Below are positions 9,825 through 19,915 of a stretch of DNA of 64,000 bases, one piece after another. Numbering within the stretch: the first letter of the stretch is position 1; each line of letters opens with the position of its first letter. Origin of the DNA: Candidatus Magasanikiibacteriota bacterium (GTDB lineage: Bacteria; Patescibacteriota; Patescibacteriia; Magasanikbacterales; UBA922); assembly GCA_041674805.1 (NCBI GenBank), contig JBAYVA010000002.1:83234-147233 (forward strand), written 5' to 3'. Below the pieces are notes generated by a model that did no database searches, was not told the origin of the DNA, and saw nothing but the letters and a program-made list of their open reading frames with translations. The translations under genes were made by a program, and so were the position numbers.

Positions 9825-10373
9825 TTATTTGTAAAAAATTTCCATTTTTACTCTTTTTACACCAAAATTTACAGCTTCATTTCTAGTTGGCATCCAAATA
9901 TCACCACGTCCGTAACCATATCTAGCATTCATTCTATCTCTTACTACGAAGATTTTGTCAACATAAAGATCTGGAAAACGTACTTTTGTTCCTAAAGGTA
10001 AAAAGTTAGCAGCAATTGTATTTTGTTCGCCAAACTTTTCATAGTTTTCACACAAATTATACTTATAATCTGCAGGAATACAAGGTGTGCTATCAGTTTG
10101 TCCAACATCACTTGAATAAGCTGTCATCACAGCCATTACAATTTTTCTAGGTTCAGCATCTTCAATATCAGGAAAAGAAGCTACTTCTTCCTCAGTTTCT
10201 TCTGCTTGAGCTACGTTATTTTTGAAAAAATCGCTAATTTTAGCAAAAAAGTCTCCTTTTGCTTCTACAACTTCTGGTTGTAAGGTATTAAACAAAACAG
10301 AGAAGACAACTATCAAAGATAAACTACCCTTAAAAAGGTGTTTATTTAGCTCTTTTTTTAATGTTTTTTTCAT
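9825..10373 (-). CDS. 3D-domain protein (MltA-C/YuiC-like, putative cell-wall lytic transglycosylase-like) with N-terminal signal/TM
   Basis: The C-terminal region, DSTPCIPADYKYNLCENYEK...LPLGTKVRFPD..VVRDRMNARYGYGRGDIWM, matches the three-Asp (3D) double-psi beta-barrel domain. Confidence 0.65.
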   Translation of the reverse strand: MKKTLKKELNKHLFKGSLSLIVVFSVLFNTLQPEVVEAKGDFFAKISDFFKNNVAQAEETEEEVASFPDIEDAEPRKIVMAVMTAYSSDVGQTDSTPCIPADYKYNLCENYEKFGEQNTIAANFLPLGTKVRFPDLYVDKIFVVRDRMNARYGYGRGDIWMPTRNEAVNFGVKRVKMEIFYK

Positions 10374-10528
10374 ATTTGTGTTTGTTTTTGGCTTATTTAA
10401 GCCTTTTTTGTCAGTTAAATAAATTATAAATTAATTACGATTGTTTAATTTAACGACGGCTTATTGTACCATAAATTAGCCTTTTTGTCAATATTTTGAT
10501 AGAATAGAAATAACTAATTATTTCTTTT

Positions 10529-13363
10529 ATGCCGATACAAAAAAGGTCTTATGGTTACCTAAATAATCACAAAAAAAACAAAAATAACCCAAACTCCGAA
10601 CTAAAAAAGAAAATCAAAAAAATTATTTTATTAAGTACTTTGTTTTTATCTGTTTTCACGATACTTTTTGTGACAATTTTAACAGCTTGGATTAGTAAAG
10701 ACTTACCAGATCCAAACAAACTAACTGATAGAAAAATTGCCCAAAGTACCAAAATTTATGATAGAACAGGACAACACTTACTCTATGAAATTTTTGCTGA
10801 TGAAAAACGTACCCTTATTGAATTTGAACAACTACCAAAAGATTTGATAAATGGTGTAGTTGCTACTGAAGATACCAAATTTTATGAACACAGTGGTATT
10901 AGACCTTTATCTATCTTTCGTTCTATCATTGCAGGTATTTTTACCAAACAACGCATTGGCAGTGGTGCCTCTACTCTTACTCAACAACTAGTCAAAAATG
11001 CTATTTTAACTAATGAAAGATCTGTCTTACGTAAAATAAAAGAAGCAGTCATGACAATAAGATTGGAACAAAAATATACCAAAGAACAAATATTAAAAAT
11101 TTATTTCAATGAAATACCTTATGGCTCTACCAATTACGGTGTAGAATCAGCTGCCCAAAGTTATTTTGGTAAAAAAACTAGTGAATTAACACTGGCTGAA
11201 TCAGCTACTTTGGCAGGTATTCCCAAAGCCCCTTCCAAATATATAAATGACAATGAAGCTTTGAAACAAAGACGTGATTTCGTTTTACGCAGAATGTACG
11301 AAGAAGGATATATTACCGAAGAACAAAAAAATCAAGCTCAAGCTGAAGAACTAAAAATTAAAAAAACTTTTCATAAGATGGAAGCCCCTCATTTTGTTGA
11401 ATATGTACACGAGCAGTTGGCTGCCAAATATGGAGAAACAACTCTTGATACAGAAGGTCTAAAAGTCATAACTACTCTTGACTGGGACAAACAACAAATT
11501 GCTGAAAAAATAATGGAAGAAGAATCTGAACAAATATTAAAAGATGCTGGCGCCAACAACACATCTTTGGTAGCAATTGATCCCAAAACAGGACAACTGT
11601 TGGCTATGTTAGGTTCTCGTAATTATTATGATGACACTATAAAAGGTCAATTCAATGTAGCAACTTTGGGAACAAGACAGCCAGGTTCTTCTTTTAAACC
11701 TATTATTTATGCTGCCGCTTTTGAAAAAGGCTATACTCCCGATACTATTTTATTTGATACATTAACAAATTTTGCTGTTTCAGGACAACCTTATATTCCC
11801 AAAAATTATGATTTGAAAGAAAGAGGTCCTGTCACTATCAGACAAGCTCTGCAAGGATCTTTAAATATACCAGCTGTTAAAGCAATGTATCTTGTCGGTG
11901 AAAAAAATGCTGAAACATTCTCCAAAAAACTTGGTTACACTACTATTAAAGATGGACAAGCTGGTCTATCATTAGTCTTGGGTGGTGGAGCTGTAAAACT
12001 ATTGGAGCATACTAATACTTTTGCCACCTTTGCTAACAAAGGTTACAAAAATGAAATAGTTACTATTTTGAAAGTAGAAGATGCCAATGGCAAAATATTG
12101 GAAGAATGGAAAAACAAAAAAGGAGAAAAAGTAATAGAAGAAGATACCGCCAATAATATTTCTAATATTTTGAGTGATGACGCTGCTCGTGCTTATATGT
12201 TTGGGGCTGGAGGAATTTTGACTTTACCTGGTAGACCAGTAGCTGCCAAAACAGGTACTACCAACAACTACGTAGATTCTTGGACTATGGGCTATACACC
12301 TTCTTTGGCTACAGGTGTCTGGGCAGGAAACACTAATAATTCACCAATGAAAGCTGGTTATGGTGGTAGTATGGTAGCTGCCAAAATTTGGAACAGTTTT
12401 ATGAAACAGGCTTTACAAAACACTGCTGTAGAAAATTTTCCACCACTACCAAAAAATACAGCTGAAAAACCTGTGCTAAAAGGATCAGAAGGAGGAAAAG
12501 TTACTTTAAAAATAGACAAAGCCACAGGAAAATTAGCTTCTACTTCTACACCTGAATATTTGATTGAAGAAAAAACATATATACAAGCTCATTCCATATT
12601 ACATTATGTAAAAAAAGATGATCCACGCGGTGAAGCTCCAGAAAATCCTAGTGACGATCCACAATATCTTGGTTGGGAAAAAGGCATAGAAGATTGGATA
12701 AATAAAAATAAAGAAGCCAATCCTGAATGGAATTTTAGTTTTGAAGAACCACCAACAGAATATGATGATGCCCATAGTTTGGAATTATTACCAAGTATTG
12801 AAATTGTATATCCTGCAAATGACGGAAAAATAAATACCCGACAATTGGATACAGATATTCGTGTTAGTGCACCAAGAGGTATTGCCAAAGTAACTTATCA
12901 ATTAGATGGCGTTTATGTTGGTGTTGTAAATTTACATCCTTTCAATCTTCACTATTACATGGAAGAACAAGATTCTGGGGAACATACTCTAAAAATAACA
13001 GCTGAAGATGATATAGGAAACCGCATGGAAAAAGAAATAAAATTTATTTTGGAAACTTCCGAAGTAAAAGCTACTGTAACATTTTTAGAAAATTATAATA
13101 TCATTAAAAAAGAAAATTTTCCAAAAACAATTACTTTGAAACCTATCAAATTAAATGAAATAAAAAGTGTATCATTATATTATGAAAATAATGGACAAAA
13201 AAATTTGATAGAAACTATAAACACTTTTGATAATTTAATTAATAATCAAATATTTATTAGTTGGAAAAGTTCCCCACAAATTGGTAAATACAAATTATTA
13301 GCAGAAACAATTGATAATAATAATGAAAAATCAATTTCAACATTAGAAATAGAAATACAATAA
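10529..13363 (+). CDS. mrcA: Class A penicillin-binding protein 1A (glycosyltransferase GT51 + transpeptidase) with long C-terminal extension
   Basis: N-terminal TM. GT51 motifs ATEDTKFYEHSGIRP, GASTLTQQLVKN and RKIKEAVMTIRLEQ. Transpeptidase motifs SSFKP, SLN and KTGTT. About 300 extra C-terminal residues. Confidence 0.9.
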   Translation: MPIQKRSYGYLNNHKKNKNNPNSELKKKIKKIILLSTLFLSVFTILFVTILTAWISKDLPDPNKLTDRKIAQSTKIYDRTGQHLLYEIFADEKRTLIEFEQLPKDLINGVVATEDTKFYEHSGIRPLSIFRSIIAGIFTKQRIGSGASTLTQQLVKNAILTNERSVLRKIKEAVMTIRLEQKYTKEQILKIYFNEIPYGSTNYGVESAAQSYFGKKTSELTLAESATLAGIPKAPSKYINDNEALKQRRDFVLRRMYEEGYITEEQKNQAQAEELKIKKTFHKMEAPHFVEYVHEQLAAKYGETTLDTEGLKVITTLDWDKQQIAEKIMEEESEQILKDAGANNTSLVAIDPKTGQLLAMLGSRNYYDDTIKGQFNVATLGTRQPGSSFKPIIYAAAFEKGYTPDTILFDTLTNFAVSGQPYIPKNYDLKERGPVTIRQALQGSLNIPAVKAMYLVGEKNAETFSKKLGYTTIKDGQAGLSLVLGGGAVKLLEHTNTFATFANKGYKNEIVTILKVEDANGKILEEWKNKKGEKVIEEDTANNISNILSDDAARAYMFGAGGILTLPGRPVAAKTGTTNNYVDSWTMGYTPSLATGVWAGNTNNSPMKAGYGGSMVAAKIWNSFMKQALQNTAVENFPPLPKNTAEKPVLKGSEGGKVTLKIDKATGKLASTSTPEYLIEEKTYIQAHSILHYVKKDDPRGEAPENPSDDPQYLGWEKGIEDWINKNKEANPEWNFSFEEPPTEYDDAHSLELLPSIEIVYPANDGKINTRQLDTDIRVSAPRGIAKVTYQLDGVYVGVVNLHPFNLHYYMEEQDSGEHTLKITAEDDIGNRMEKEIKFILETSEVKATVTFLENYNIIKKENFPKTITLKPIKLNEIKSVSLYYENNGQKNLIETINTFDNLINNQIFISWKSSPQIGKYKLLAETIDNNNEKSISTLEIEIQ

Positions 13364-13370
13364 AAAAATA

Positions 13371-13396
13371 AAATCACCTTTTAGGTGATTTTTTTG
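13371..13396. terminator. Bidirectional Rho-independent terminator
   Basis: AAATCACCT-TTT-AGGTGATTT hairpin flanked by A-run and T-run. Confidence 0.6.
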
Positions 13397-13468
13397 TAGA
13401 AAAAATTATTTAGAATTTTAAAAACCAATAAATAATTAATTAAAATGAACAATAATAAAATAGTTTTA

Positions 13469-13909
13469 TTAGAATATAAGTTTGTAAGTAAAACCTTCAT
13501 TCCATTGAGGGTTATTCCATTTCATAAAACCTACTTTTTCACACAGTTTTTGCATAGGATAGTTTTCAAAAGATGTTTCAGTAACAATCCCTATAGCTCC
13601 TCTATTTTTTGAATGTTCAATACATTTATCAATCAAACATTGTCCCATTCCAAATTTTTGAAACATTGAATCAACTAGTATCTCGCGAATAAAAAAGAAA
13701 TTATCTTCCCACCAATCTCTATCAATAGAACAAAAAGCCACAAATTTATCATTTTTTTTAGCCAATAAATATAAACTATCTTTTAGAACAAAATTTTTCT
13801 TGAGTAATTTAATTGTGCTTTTATCAAATATATAATTAAAAGATTTTTTACCCTCTAAAAGTTCAATTTCTTTTTCATTCTTTATTTCAGAAATAATAAT
13901 ATCATCCAT
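13469..13909 (-). CDS. GNAT family N-acetyltransferase
   Basis: 146 aa. Acetyl-CoA binding region QKFGMGQCLIDKCIEHSKNRGAIGIVTETSFENYPMQKLCEKVGF. Confidence 0.7.
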   Translation of the reverse strand: MDDIIISEIKNEKEIELLEGKKSFNYIFDKSTIKLLKKNFVLKDSLYLLAKKNDKFVAFCSIDRDWWEDNFFFIREILVDSMFQKFGMGQCLIDKCIEHSKNRGAIGIVTETSFENYPMQKLCEKVGFMKWNNPQWNEGFTYKLIF

Positions 13910-14122
13910 AAAATAAAAATAATTTTATTTAATTTTCAAATATAATATTGAATTTTAGATGATGTAATCTTTTTTATTACTTTGGAAAATAATTTTTTCT
14001 AGTTTTTAGCAAATTGAATTTAATTACAAGATAATTAATCATTTCAAATCTAAAAAAAATATCAACTAAATTATTATAAACAAAACAAAAAACAAATTAA
14101 TAATTTTATTTTATAAATAAAA

Positions 14123-15250
14123 TTATTTTTTAATAGGCATAACGATATACAAGTAATTGTCTTTTTCTTTTGGTCTAAAAATACAAGGAGCATCAGCACT
14201 ATTTACACCAAATTCAATGTTTTCACCTTCCATGTGTGCTAAACCATCCAACACATAGCTGTGGTTTAATAAAATGGAATTTTCTTCACCAATTACTTCA
14301 GCATCAACTTCAGAAGTATGTTCTCCAGCTTGAGTACTGGAAGAAGAAACTCCTACATTTTTTTTGCTTGGACTAAGCTCAAAAGAAACAGCATTGATAC
14401 CACCTGACGTAAACAAACTCGCTGCTTTGATTTTGTTGACCATAACACTTAGCGGAAAAGCAGCTGTTGTTTTAAAATTGTTTGGAATAATTTGTGTATA
14501 ATCTGGATAACGGCCTTCAATCAAACGACTAGTCATTTCAAAATTTCCATAACGAATAGCTATTTGATTATCACTTACCCAAACACGAACAATATCTTCA
14601 CCGCCATGACTTTTGGCAATTGTCAAAAGACGATTTATTTCATAAGCTACGCGTGCTGGTACAATACAGTGCACATTTTGAATTTCACCTTGTTTAATTT
14701 TTATTTTAGCTTCTGCCAAACGATAAGAATCTGTTGCTGCTAATACTAATCCATCATATTTTTCTGAAAAAAATGAAAAATAAATACCTGAAAATTCTGG
14801 TCTTACTTCGTTTTTGGAAACAGCTATAATAACTTTGCCAATAGCTTCTTTCAAATCATCAACTTGAACAACATAAGAATTTTTTTCTTCCACTTCTGGT
14901 AAAATTGGATAATCTTCATCTGTTGATCCTTTGATTTTAGTGCTAGAATTACCTGAAGTTATGATTAATTCATTGCCTTTTTGGTCTATTTCTACTTGTT
15001 CGCTTGTCAATAACTTAACATAATCTGCCAAAGTTTTTGCTGGAACTGTAAAATTTCCAGTAGTTTCTACTTTGGCTCTAATTTGTGTTTTTACTGCAAT
15101 TTCTAAGTTAGTACTGCTAATTTCAATACCTGAATCATTGGCTTTGATAAGTACGTTACTCAAAATTGGTAAGTTTGTATGTTTACTAGCTAAGGAACTC
15201 ACAAGACTCAAGGAATATTCTAAGTTTTCTTTTGTACATGTGAATTTCAT
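14123..15250 (-). CDS. dnaN: DNA polymerase III beta sliding clamp
   Basis: 375 aa. MKFTCTKENLEYSLSLVSSLASKHTNLPILSNVLIKA... is the canonical DnaN N-terminus. It has the three-domain length and lies directly downstream of dnaA. Confidence 0.9.
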   Translation of the reverse strand: MKFTCTKENLEYSLSLVSSLASKHTNLPILSNVLIKANDSGIEISSTNLEIAVKTQIRAKVETTGNFTVPAKTLADYVKLLTSEQVEIDQKGNELIITSGNSSTKIKGSTDEDYPILPEVEEKNSYVVQVDDLKEAIGKVIIAVSKNEVRPEFSGIYFSFFSEKYDGLVLAATDSYRLAEAKIKIKQGEIQNVHCIVPARVAYEINRLLTIAKSHGGEDIVRVWVSDNQIAIRYGNFEMTSRLIEGRYPDYTQIIPNNFKTTAAFPLSVMVNKIKAASLFTSGGINAVSFELSPSKKNVGVSSSSTQAGEHTSEVDAEVIGEENSILLNHSYVLDGLAHMEGENIEFGVNSADAPCIFRPKEKDNYLYIVMPIKK

Positions 15251-15764
15251 ATGTTTGTTGTTTTATTAGTATATATATATTTATATAACTAGTAATATAT
15301 AATAAGGCCTGTGTGTAAAGTGCGAAAGTCGTTTTTTTGTTTTGGTTGACTTATTTTTTTGTGTGGACTTCTGCGCTTAAACTGTGTTTTTAAATGTGGT
15401 ATTTCTGGTGATAACTTTTTTTTAATTTTTTTCCTGTTGATGAACTGTTGATTTGTGGATAGATTATGAACAGTCTTTTTTTAGTTATCAACTTTTTTGT
15501 TATCGAGAATTTTTTTTGTGAATTGTTTGTTATTAACTTTTTTTAAATATTATTTTTAAAGGAATAATTTTTATTAGTTTTTGTTTGTCTTGTCAGAACT
15601 CTTAGTTTGGAGTTGATAGAATGAATCTAATAAAAATATAATTTTTTGTTTGCTAATAAAACTTCTCTGTTTTTTTGTTGAGAAATTTTTCAAAAATTAT
15701 AATGATTTACAATTTTTGAAAAATCCCTCATCTTTTTTTTAAAAAGATTTTTGGGATTATTTTT
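15251..15764. promoter_or_regulatory. dnaA-dnaN intergenic spacer (514 bp) with DnaA-box-like motifs; possible second oriC module
   Basis: TGTGGATAG at 15454-15462 is one mismatch from the TGTGGATAA consensus. Weaker boxes TGTGGACTT and TTATCAACT are also present. The region is AT-rich, and TTATGAACAGT is also found at 17303. Confidence 0.4.
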
Positions 15765-17150
15765 TTAAACAGCGTTGGAATATAATCTTTGTTTTATCAT
15801 TTCCAAATCTTGTTTGAGCTTTAAGTCGTTGTCTATACTTTGTAATATTTTACTGTGTGCATGCATAGCTGTAGTATGATCTCTACCACCTAGTTCATCA
15901 CCTATATTTGGATAAGAAAGTTTCAACTCTTCTCTTAGCAAATACATGATAATTTGACGTGGAAAAGCTAATTTTTTTTCACGACTTTTGCCGAGTACAT
16001 CATCGATAGAGATATCAAAATAACCAGCTACGACATTTATTATTTCACGAGGAGTTAAAGAACGTTTCATACTTTGTTCTTCAAAACTAGATAATACTTG
16101 TTTAATAGTTTCTTCAGTTGCTTCAATATTTTTTAGTTCGTGATAAGCAATAATTTTGTTGAGAGCGCCTTCTAATTCACGAATATTATTTTTAACATTT
16201 GTCGCAATAAATTGGATAAGTTTTCCTTCAATTTTGAAATCTTTTTCCTGAGCTTTTCTTTGTAGAATAGCTAAACGAGTTTCTAAGTCAGGAGGAGAAA
16301 TATCAGCAATCATACCCCATTCAAATCTACTGCGTAAGCGATCTTCTAAAGCAGGTATGGCTTTTGGTGGTCTATCACTTGTTAAAACAACTTGTTTACC
16401 TTGTTGGTGTAATTCGTTGAAAGTGTGAAAAAATTCTTCTTGTGTTTGTTCTTTGCCACCAATAAATTGAATATCATCAATCAAAAGTAAATCAACATTT
16501 CTATATCTATCTTTGAATTCTTTGGCTCTACCTTCTTTTACAGAAGAAACAAATTCATTGGTAAATTTTTCAGAACTAACGTATAAAATTTTTGTTTGAG
16601 GATTGGCCTCAAGCATAGTATGGCCAATCGCTTGTATAAGATGAGTTTTTCCCAAACCTACTCCTCCATAAATGAATAAAGGGTTGTAAGAATCTCCAGG
16701 ACGACGAGCTACGGCTTGAGCTGCAGCATGAGCAAGTTCATTACCTTTACCTACGACAAAAGTATCAAAAGTATATTTTGGATTCAAACCAAATTGCTGA
16801 ACCAAAGTATTTTTTCTTTGGTTATTGTATAAAGGGTTTGTAATAGTAGAAATTTGTGGTAACTTCTCTGACATTTTACATTCAGATTCTTTGATATTTT
16901 TTATATTTTCTACTATATAATCTACTTTTTTGATAGGTTTGCCTGTCACTCTTTCTAAGATCTTGATTATTTGAGAGTGATGCTTCTTTTCTAACCAACT
17001 CTTTGTAAAGGAGTTAGGAACACAAATATTCACTAATCCTTCTTCATAATTTGCTATTCCTGTGTTTTTGAACCATGTCGTAAATTGAGCTTTGGATAAA
17101 CTTAGCTCAAATTCGGCCAAAACAGCTTGCCAGATTTCGTGAGTGGTCAT
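15765..17150 (-). CDS. dnaA: Chromosomal replication initiator protein DnaA
   Basis: Walker A GGVGLGKTHLIQAIGH, Walker B LLLIDDIQF, and a C-terminal helix-turn-helix DNA-binding domain. Confidence 0.95.
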   Translation of the reverse strand: MTTHEIWQAVLAEFELSLSKAQFTTWFKNTGIANYEEGLVNICVPNSFTKSWLEKKHHSQIIKILERVTGKPIKKVDYIVENIKNIKESECKMSEKLPQISTITNPLYNNQRKNTLVQQFGLNPKYTFDTFVVGKGNELAHAAAQAVARRPGDSYNPLFIYGGVGLGKTHLIQAIGHTMLEANPQTKILYVSSEKFTNEFVSSVKEGRAKEFKDRYRNVDLLLIDDIQFIGGKEQTQEEFFHTFNELHQQGKQVVLTSDRPPKAIPALEDRLRSRFEWGMIADISPPDLETRLAILQRKAQEKDFKIEGKLIQFIATNVKNNIRELEGALNKIIAYHELKNIEATEETIKQVLSSFEEQSMKRSLTPREIINVVAGYFDISIDDVLGKSREKKLAFPRQIIMYLLREELKLSYPNIGDELGGRDHTTAMHAHSKILQSIDNDLKLKQDLEMIKQRLYSNAV

Positions 17151-17733
17151 AGATAAAGTCTTTATTTTTATGTTTTTTCATTTTATCACAGTTTGCTAAT
17201 TTAAAAAATCCTCTAAATTAAGCTAAAAGTGCATAAAGTTGTGGACAACTTGTGGATTCTGTGGATAATTTGGCTAAAATACTTTATATTTTTTATTAAA
17301 AAATTATGAACAGTTTGGAGATTTTTACTTTTTTTATTTTAGAAAAATAGATTTTTTGTTAATAGCGTTTTTTTGCTAATTTTAGTAAAAAATGAATAAA
17401 AATAGTTGATTGCTTTATTATAATAACACATCCTTCACTCGTAGCAAAAACAAAGGTCAGAAATGTTTTTTTACCAATGTTTTTGTCTAAAGGTGGATAA
17501 TTACTACGAAATAATACAATTTATACCCTATTTTTGATTTTATTAGGATTTGTAGATTCATTAATTTTGATTAATGTGGTCAATTTATTAGATTTTTGTG
17601 TTTTTTGAAGTTGAAAATTTTTTTTATGTAAGTTAGTTTTTCTTATTATTGTCTAAGTTTTTATCAATACTTGACAAAACTTTAAATTTTTTGTATTATT
17701 TAGCTACATTATTTAGTTTTGAACTTATAAGTT
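17151..17733. promoter_or_regulatory. Candidate oriC: DnaA-box cluster plus AT-rich unwinding region between divergent dnaA and rpmH
   Basis: Three tandem same-orientation boxes: TTGTGGACA (17239-17247), TTGTGGATT (17250-17258) and TGTGGATAA (17260-17268). They are followed by a long A/T-rich tract at 17280-17420. The dnaA<-|->rpmH arrangement is the classic origin synteny. Confidence 0.7.
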
Positions 17734-17913
17734 ATGGCAACAAAAAGAACATATCAGCCAAAAAAACGTAAAAGAGCAAAGACCCATGGTTTTCTAGAAA
17801 GAATGAAAACAAAAGATGGTCGTAAAGTTCTTAAGGCACGTCGTGATAAAGGCAGAAAAAAACTTACAGTAAGTGAAGAAAGAACAGGTAAAAGAACAAG
17901 AAAAACACGTTAA
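17734..17913 (+). CDS. rpmH: 50S ribosomal protein L34 (59 aa, with a 13-residue basic C-terminal extension)
   Basis: Not in the ORF table because it is under 60 aa. Translation: [59 protein letters not shown]. The L34 consensus normally ends near ...KRLTV. It sits upstream of rnpA. Confidence 0.85.
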   Translation: MATKRTYQPKKRKRAKTHGFLERMKTKDGRKVLKARRDKGRKKLTVSEERTGKRTRKTR

Positions 17914-17978
17914 TTTGTCTGTTTTTAATCTAATAACCATTACTACCTCGTTTTTACGAGGTTTTTGTGTTATAATAT

Positions 17979-18362
17979 TTGTATATGTTAGCCAAAGAAT
18001 TTAGATTAAGAGGTAAAAAAGAATGGGAAGTTTTGTTTGCAGAAGGTAACTTTGCTTCGGCAAATTTTTTGACGGTCAAATTTTGGAAGATAGAAGTAAA
18101 TAAATTTCCTCGTAGAAAGTTTCAAGTATCAGATCTTAAGATAGGCTTTAGTGTTGGTTTAAAAATAAGTAAAAGTGCTGTAAAACGTAATAGTGTTAAA
18201 AGAAAAATGAGTGAAGTTGTGAGATTGTTATTAAAAGACAATAAAATTAAATCAGGTTATTTGATTGGATTCTTGGCTAAAAATAATATTTTAGATGTTG
18301 ATTACTCACAAATAGAAGCAGATATTATTAATTGTCTGAAAAAATCTAAACTATTAATCTAA
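17979..18362 (+). CDS. rnpA: Ribonuclease P protein component
   Basis: 127 aa basic protein. ...LAKEFRLRGKKEWEVLF... It follows rpmH in the conserved operon. Confidence 0.85.
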   Translation: MYMLAKEFRLRGKKEWEVLFAEGNFASANFLTVKFWKIEVNKFPRRKFQVSDLKIGFSVGLKISKSAVKRNSVKRKMSEVVRLLLKDNKIKSGYLIGFLAKNNILDVDYSQIEADIINCLKKSKLLI

Positions 18363-18388
18363 AAATTTAGCTTAAAATAGATAAAAAA

Positions 18389-18414
18389 TGAACTTACAAA
18401 GTTCATTTTTTTTG
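18389..18414 (+). terminator. Rho-independent terminator after rnpA
   Basis: ATGAACT-TACAA-AGTTCAT hairpin followed by T8. Confidence 0.6.
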
Positions 18415-18883
18415 TATTTGTTTGTTTCTTTTGAAAATATTCAAATTTTTTATAAATTTACGAAAAGTTTTGTTTTTTATTTTATTTTTTTATGAGAGAT
18501 AATTAATTTGTATTTGTTAATGTTACTTTTTGTCTTTAATTAGCCAAATATATTTATAGTTTTTTTGTTTTATTTTTTAGTAATTATAATTTTGTTATTT
18601 TTTGCTAAAAATTTGTCATAATTTGTTTTTTAAGAAAAAAATTTTGTAAAAAATTATATTATTTTTTATAGGAACTTAAAAATTTTGTTGTTAATTCAAA
18701 AAAATGGCTAAAATTAGCACAGTTTAAAAAGTAAAAATAATTTTATTTTTACATATTGTTTTAATTTGTTTTTTTTGTTACAGTTAGTTTAAAGTTAGAC
18801 ATATATATTTTGAAAAATATTTTACTAATTTTTAATAAAATATTGTCAAAATTTTACTTTTTATAATTCATAATTTTGGCTTT

Positions 18884-19141
18884 ATGAAGCACAAAATAAC
18901 ATATTTACCACGTATTCCAATTTTGTTTTTGATAAGTCTTTATCAAAAGACATTATCCCCTGATCATGGCTGGTTCAAGAAGTATCATCCTAATGGTTAT
19001 TGTCGTTTTTATCCTACTTGTAGTCAGTATGGTTATGAGGTGATAAAGAAAAAAGGTTTGATCAGAGGTATTCCTCAAACTGCTTGGCGTATTATGCGTT
19101 GCAACCCTTGGTCTAAGGGGGGTGTTGACTTGCCGAAGTAG
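18884..19141 (+). CDS. yidD: Membrane protein insertion efficiency factor YidD
   Basis: LISLYQKTLSPDHG...CRFYPTCSQYGYEVIKKKGLIRG..TAWRIMRCNPWSKGGVD is the YidD signature. Confidence 0.85.
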   Translation: MKHKITYLPRIPILFLISLYQKTLSPDHGWFKKYHPNGYCRFYPTCSQYGYEVIKKKGLIRGIPQTAWRIMRCNPWSKGGVDLPK

Positions 19142-19183
19142 TTTTGTGTTATAATATAGTTATAATTTTTAATTTAAAATAAT

Positions 19184-19543
19184 ATGAATATGGAATCTGG
19201 AGCTAGAAGGAATAGTGATTTTAAATTTTCTAGAGAAGGTAGAAAAGATGATGAGGATCCTTTGGCTGAAATTTTACCTAAAGAAGATAAAACCACAGAT
19301 GTCTTTTTAGCAGGTATGAGCCCTGAGGAATCATCTTTTTTTAGAAATTCACAAATTAAGCAAGCTCATGAGGATGTCTATAAAGCCGCAGCTGTATCAG
19401 AAACAAACCCTAGTGATTCTTTTAACGAACAAGAAACAGAATGGTTTGCACAAGGTGAAAGGCAAGATTTTCAAGAAAAAGATATACCAAGAAAAGAGAA
19501 TCTTGTAAAAAGATTGTTTAAGAGAATGTTTGGTAGTAAATAA
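19184..19543 (+). CDS. Hypothetical acidic/disordered protein
   Basis: 119-aa ORF, compositionally biased (E/D/K/S rich), with no recognisable domain. It lies in the same orientation between yidD and a DUF167 gene. Confidence 0.4.
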   Translation: MNMESGARRNSDFKFSREGRKDDEDPLAEILPKEDKTTDVFLAGMSPEESSFFRNSQIKQAHEDVYKAAAVSETNPSDSFNEQETEWFAQGERQDFQEKDIPRKENLVKRLFKRMFGSK

Positions 19544-19592
19544 AAATAATTTAGCAGCCTTTATCTGAGGCTGCTTTTGATAAAATATAATT

Positions 19593-19814
19593 ATGCTTCT
19601 AAACATCAAAGTAATACCAAAATCATCTTTAAACAAGGTTATAAGGCTTTCTGAGAATGAATTGAAGGTGAAGTTGACTTCCCCACCTGTTGATGGCGAA
19701 GCAAATAAAAAATTGATAGAAATACTTAGTAAAGAATTTAATGTTGCTAAATCAAAGATTAGAATTGTGAAAGGTGAGACTGGAAAAAATAAGGTAGTTG
19801 ATATTGAATTTTAA
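19593..19814 (+). CDS. DUF167 / YggU-family (UPF0235) protein
   Basis: LNIKVIPKSSLNKVI...LKVKLTSPPVDGEANKKLIEILSKEFNVAKSKIRIVKGETGKNKVVDI matches the YggU pattern. Confidence 0.75.
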   Translation: MLLNIKVIPKSSLNKVIRLSENELKVKLTSPPVDGEANKKLIEILSKEFNVAKSKIRIVKGETGKNKVVDIEF

Positions 19815-19871
19815 ATTTAGCAATTTTAAATTTTAAATGGTGTCATTTCAAAATTTTAAAATTTCTAAATT

Positions 19872-19902
19872 AAAAACGTCCTTAGTGATAAGGACGTTTT
19901 TG
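19872..19902. terminator. Bidirectional Rho-independent terminator (DUF167 gene / tig)
   Basis: AACGTCCTTA-GTGA-TAAGGACGTT perfect 10-bp stem flanked by A-run and T-run. Confidence 0.75.
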
Positions 19903-19915
19903 TTTATCTAAATTT

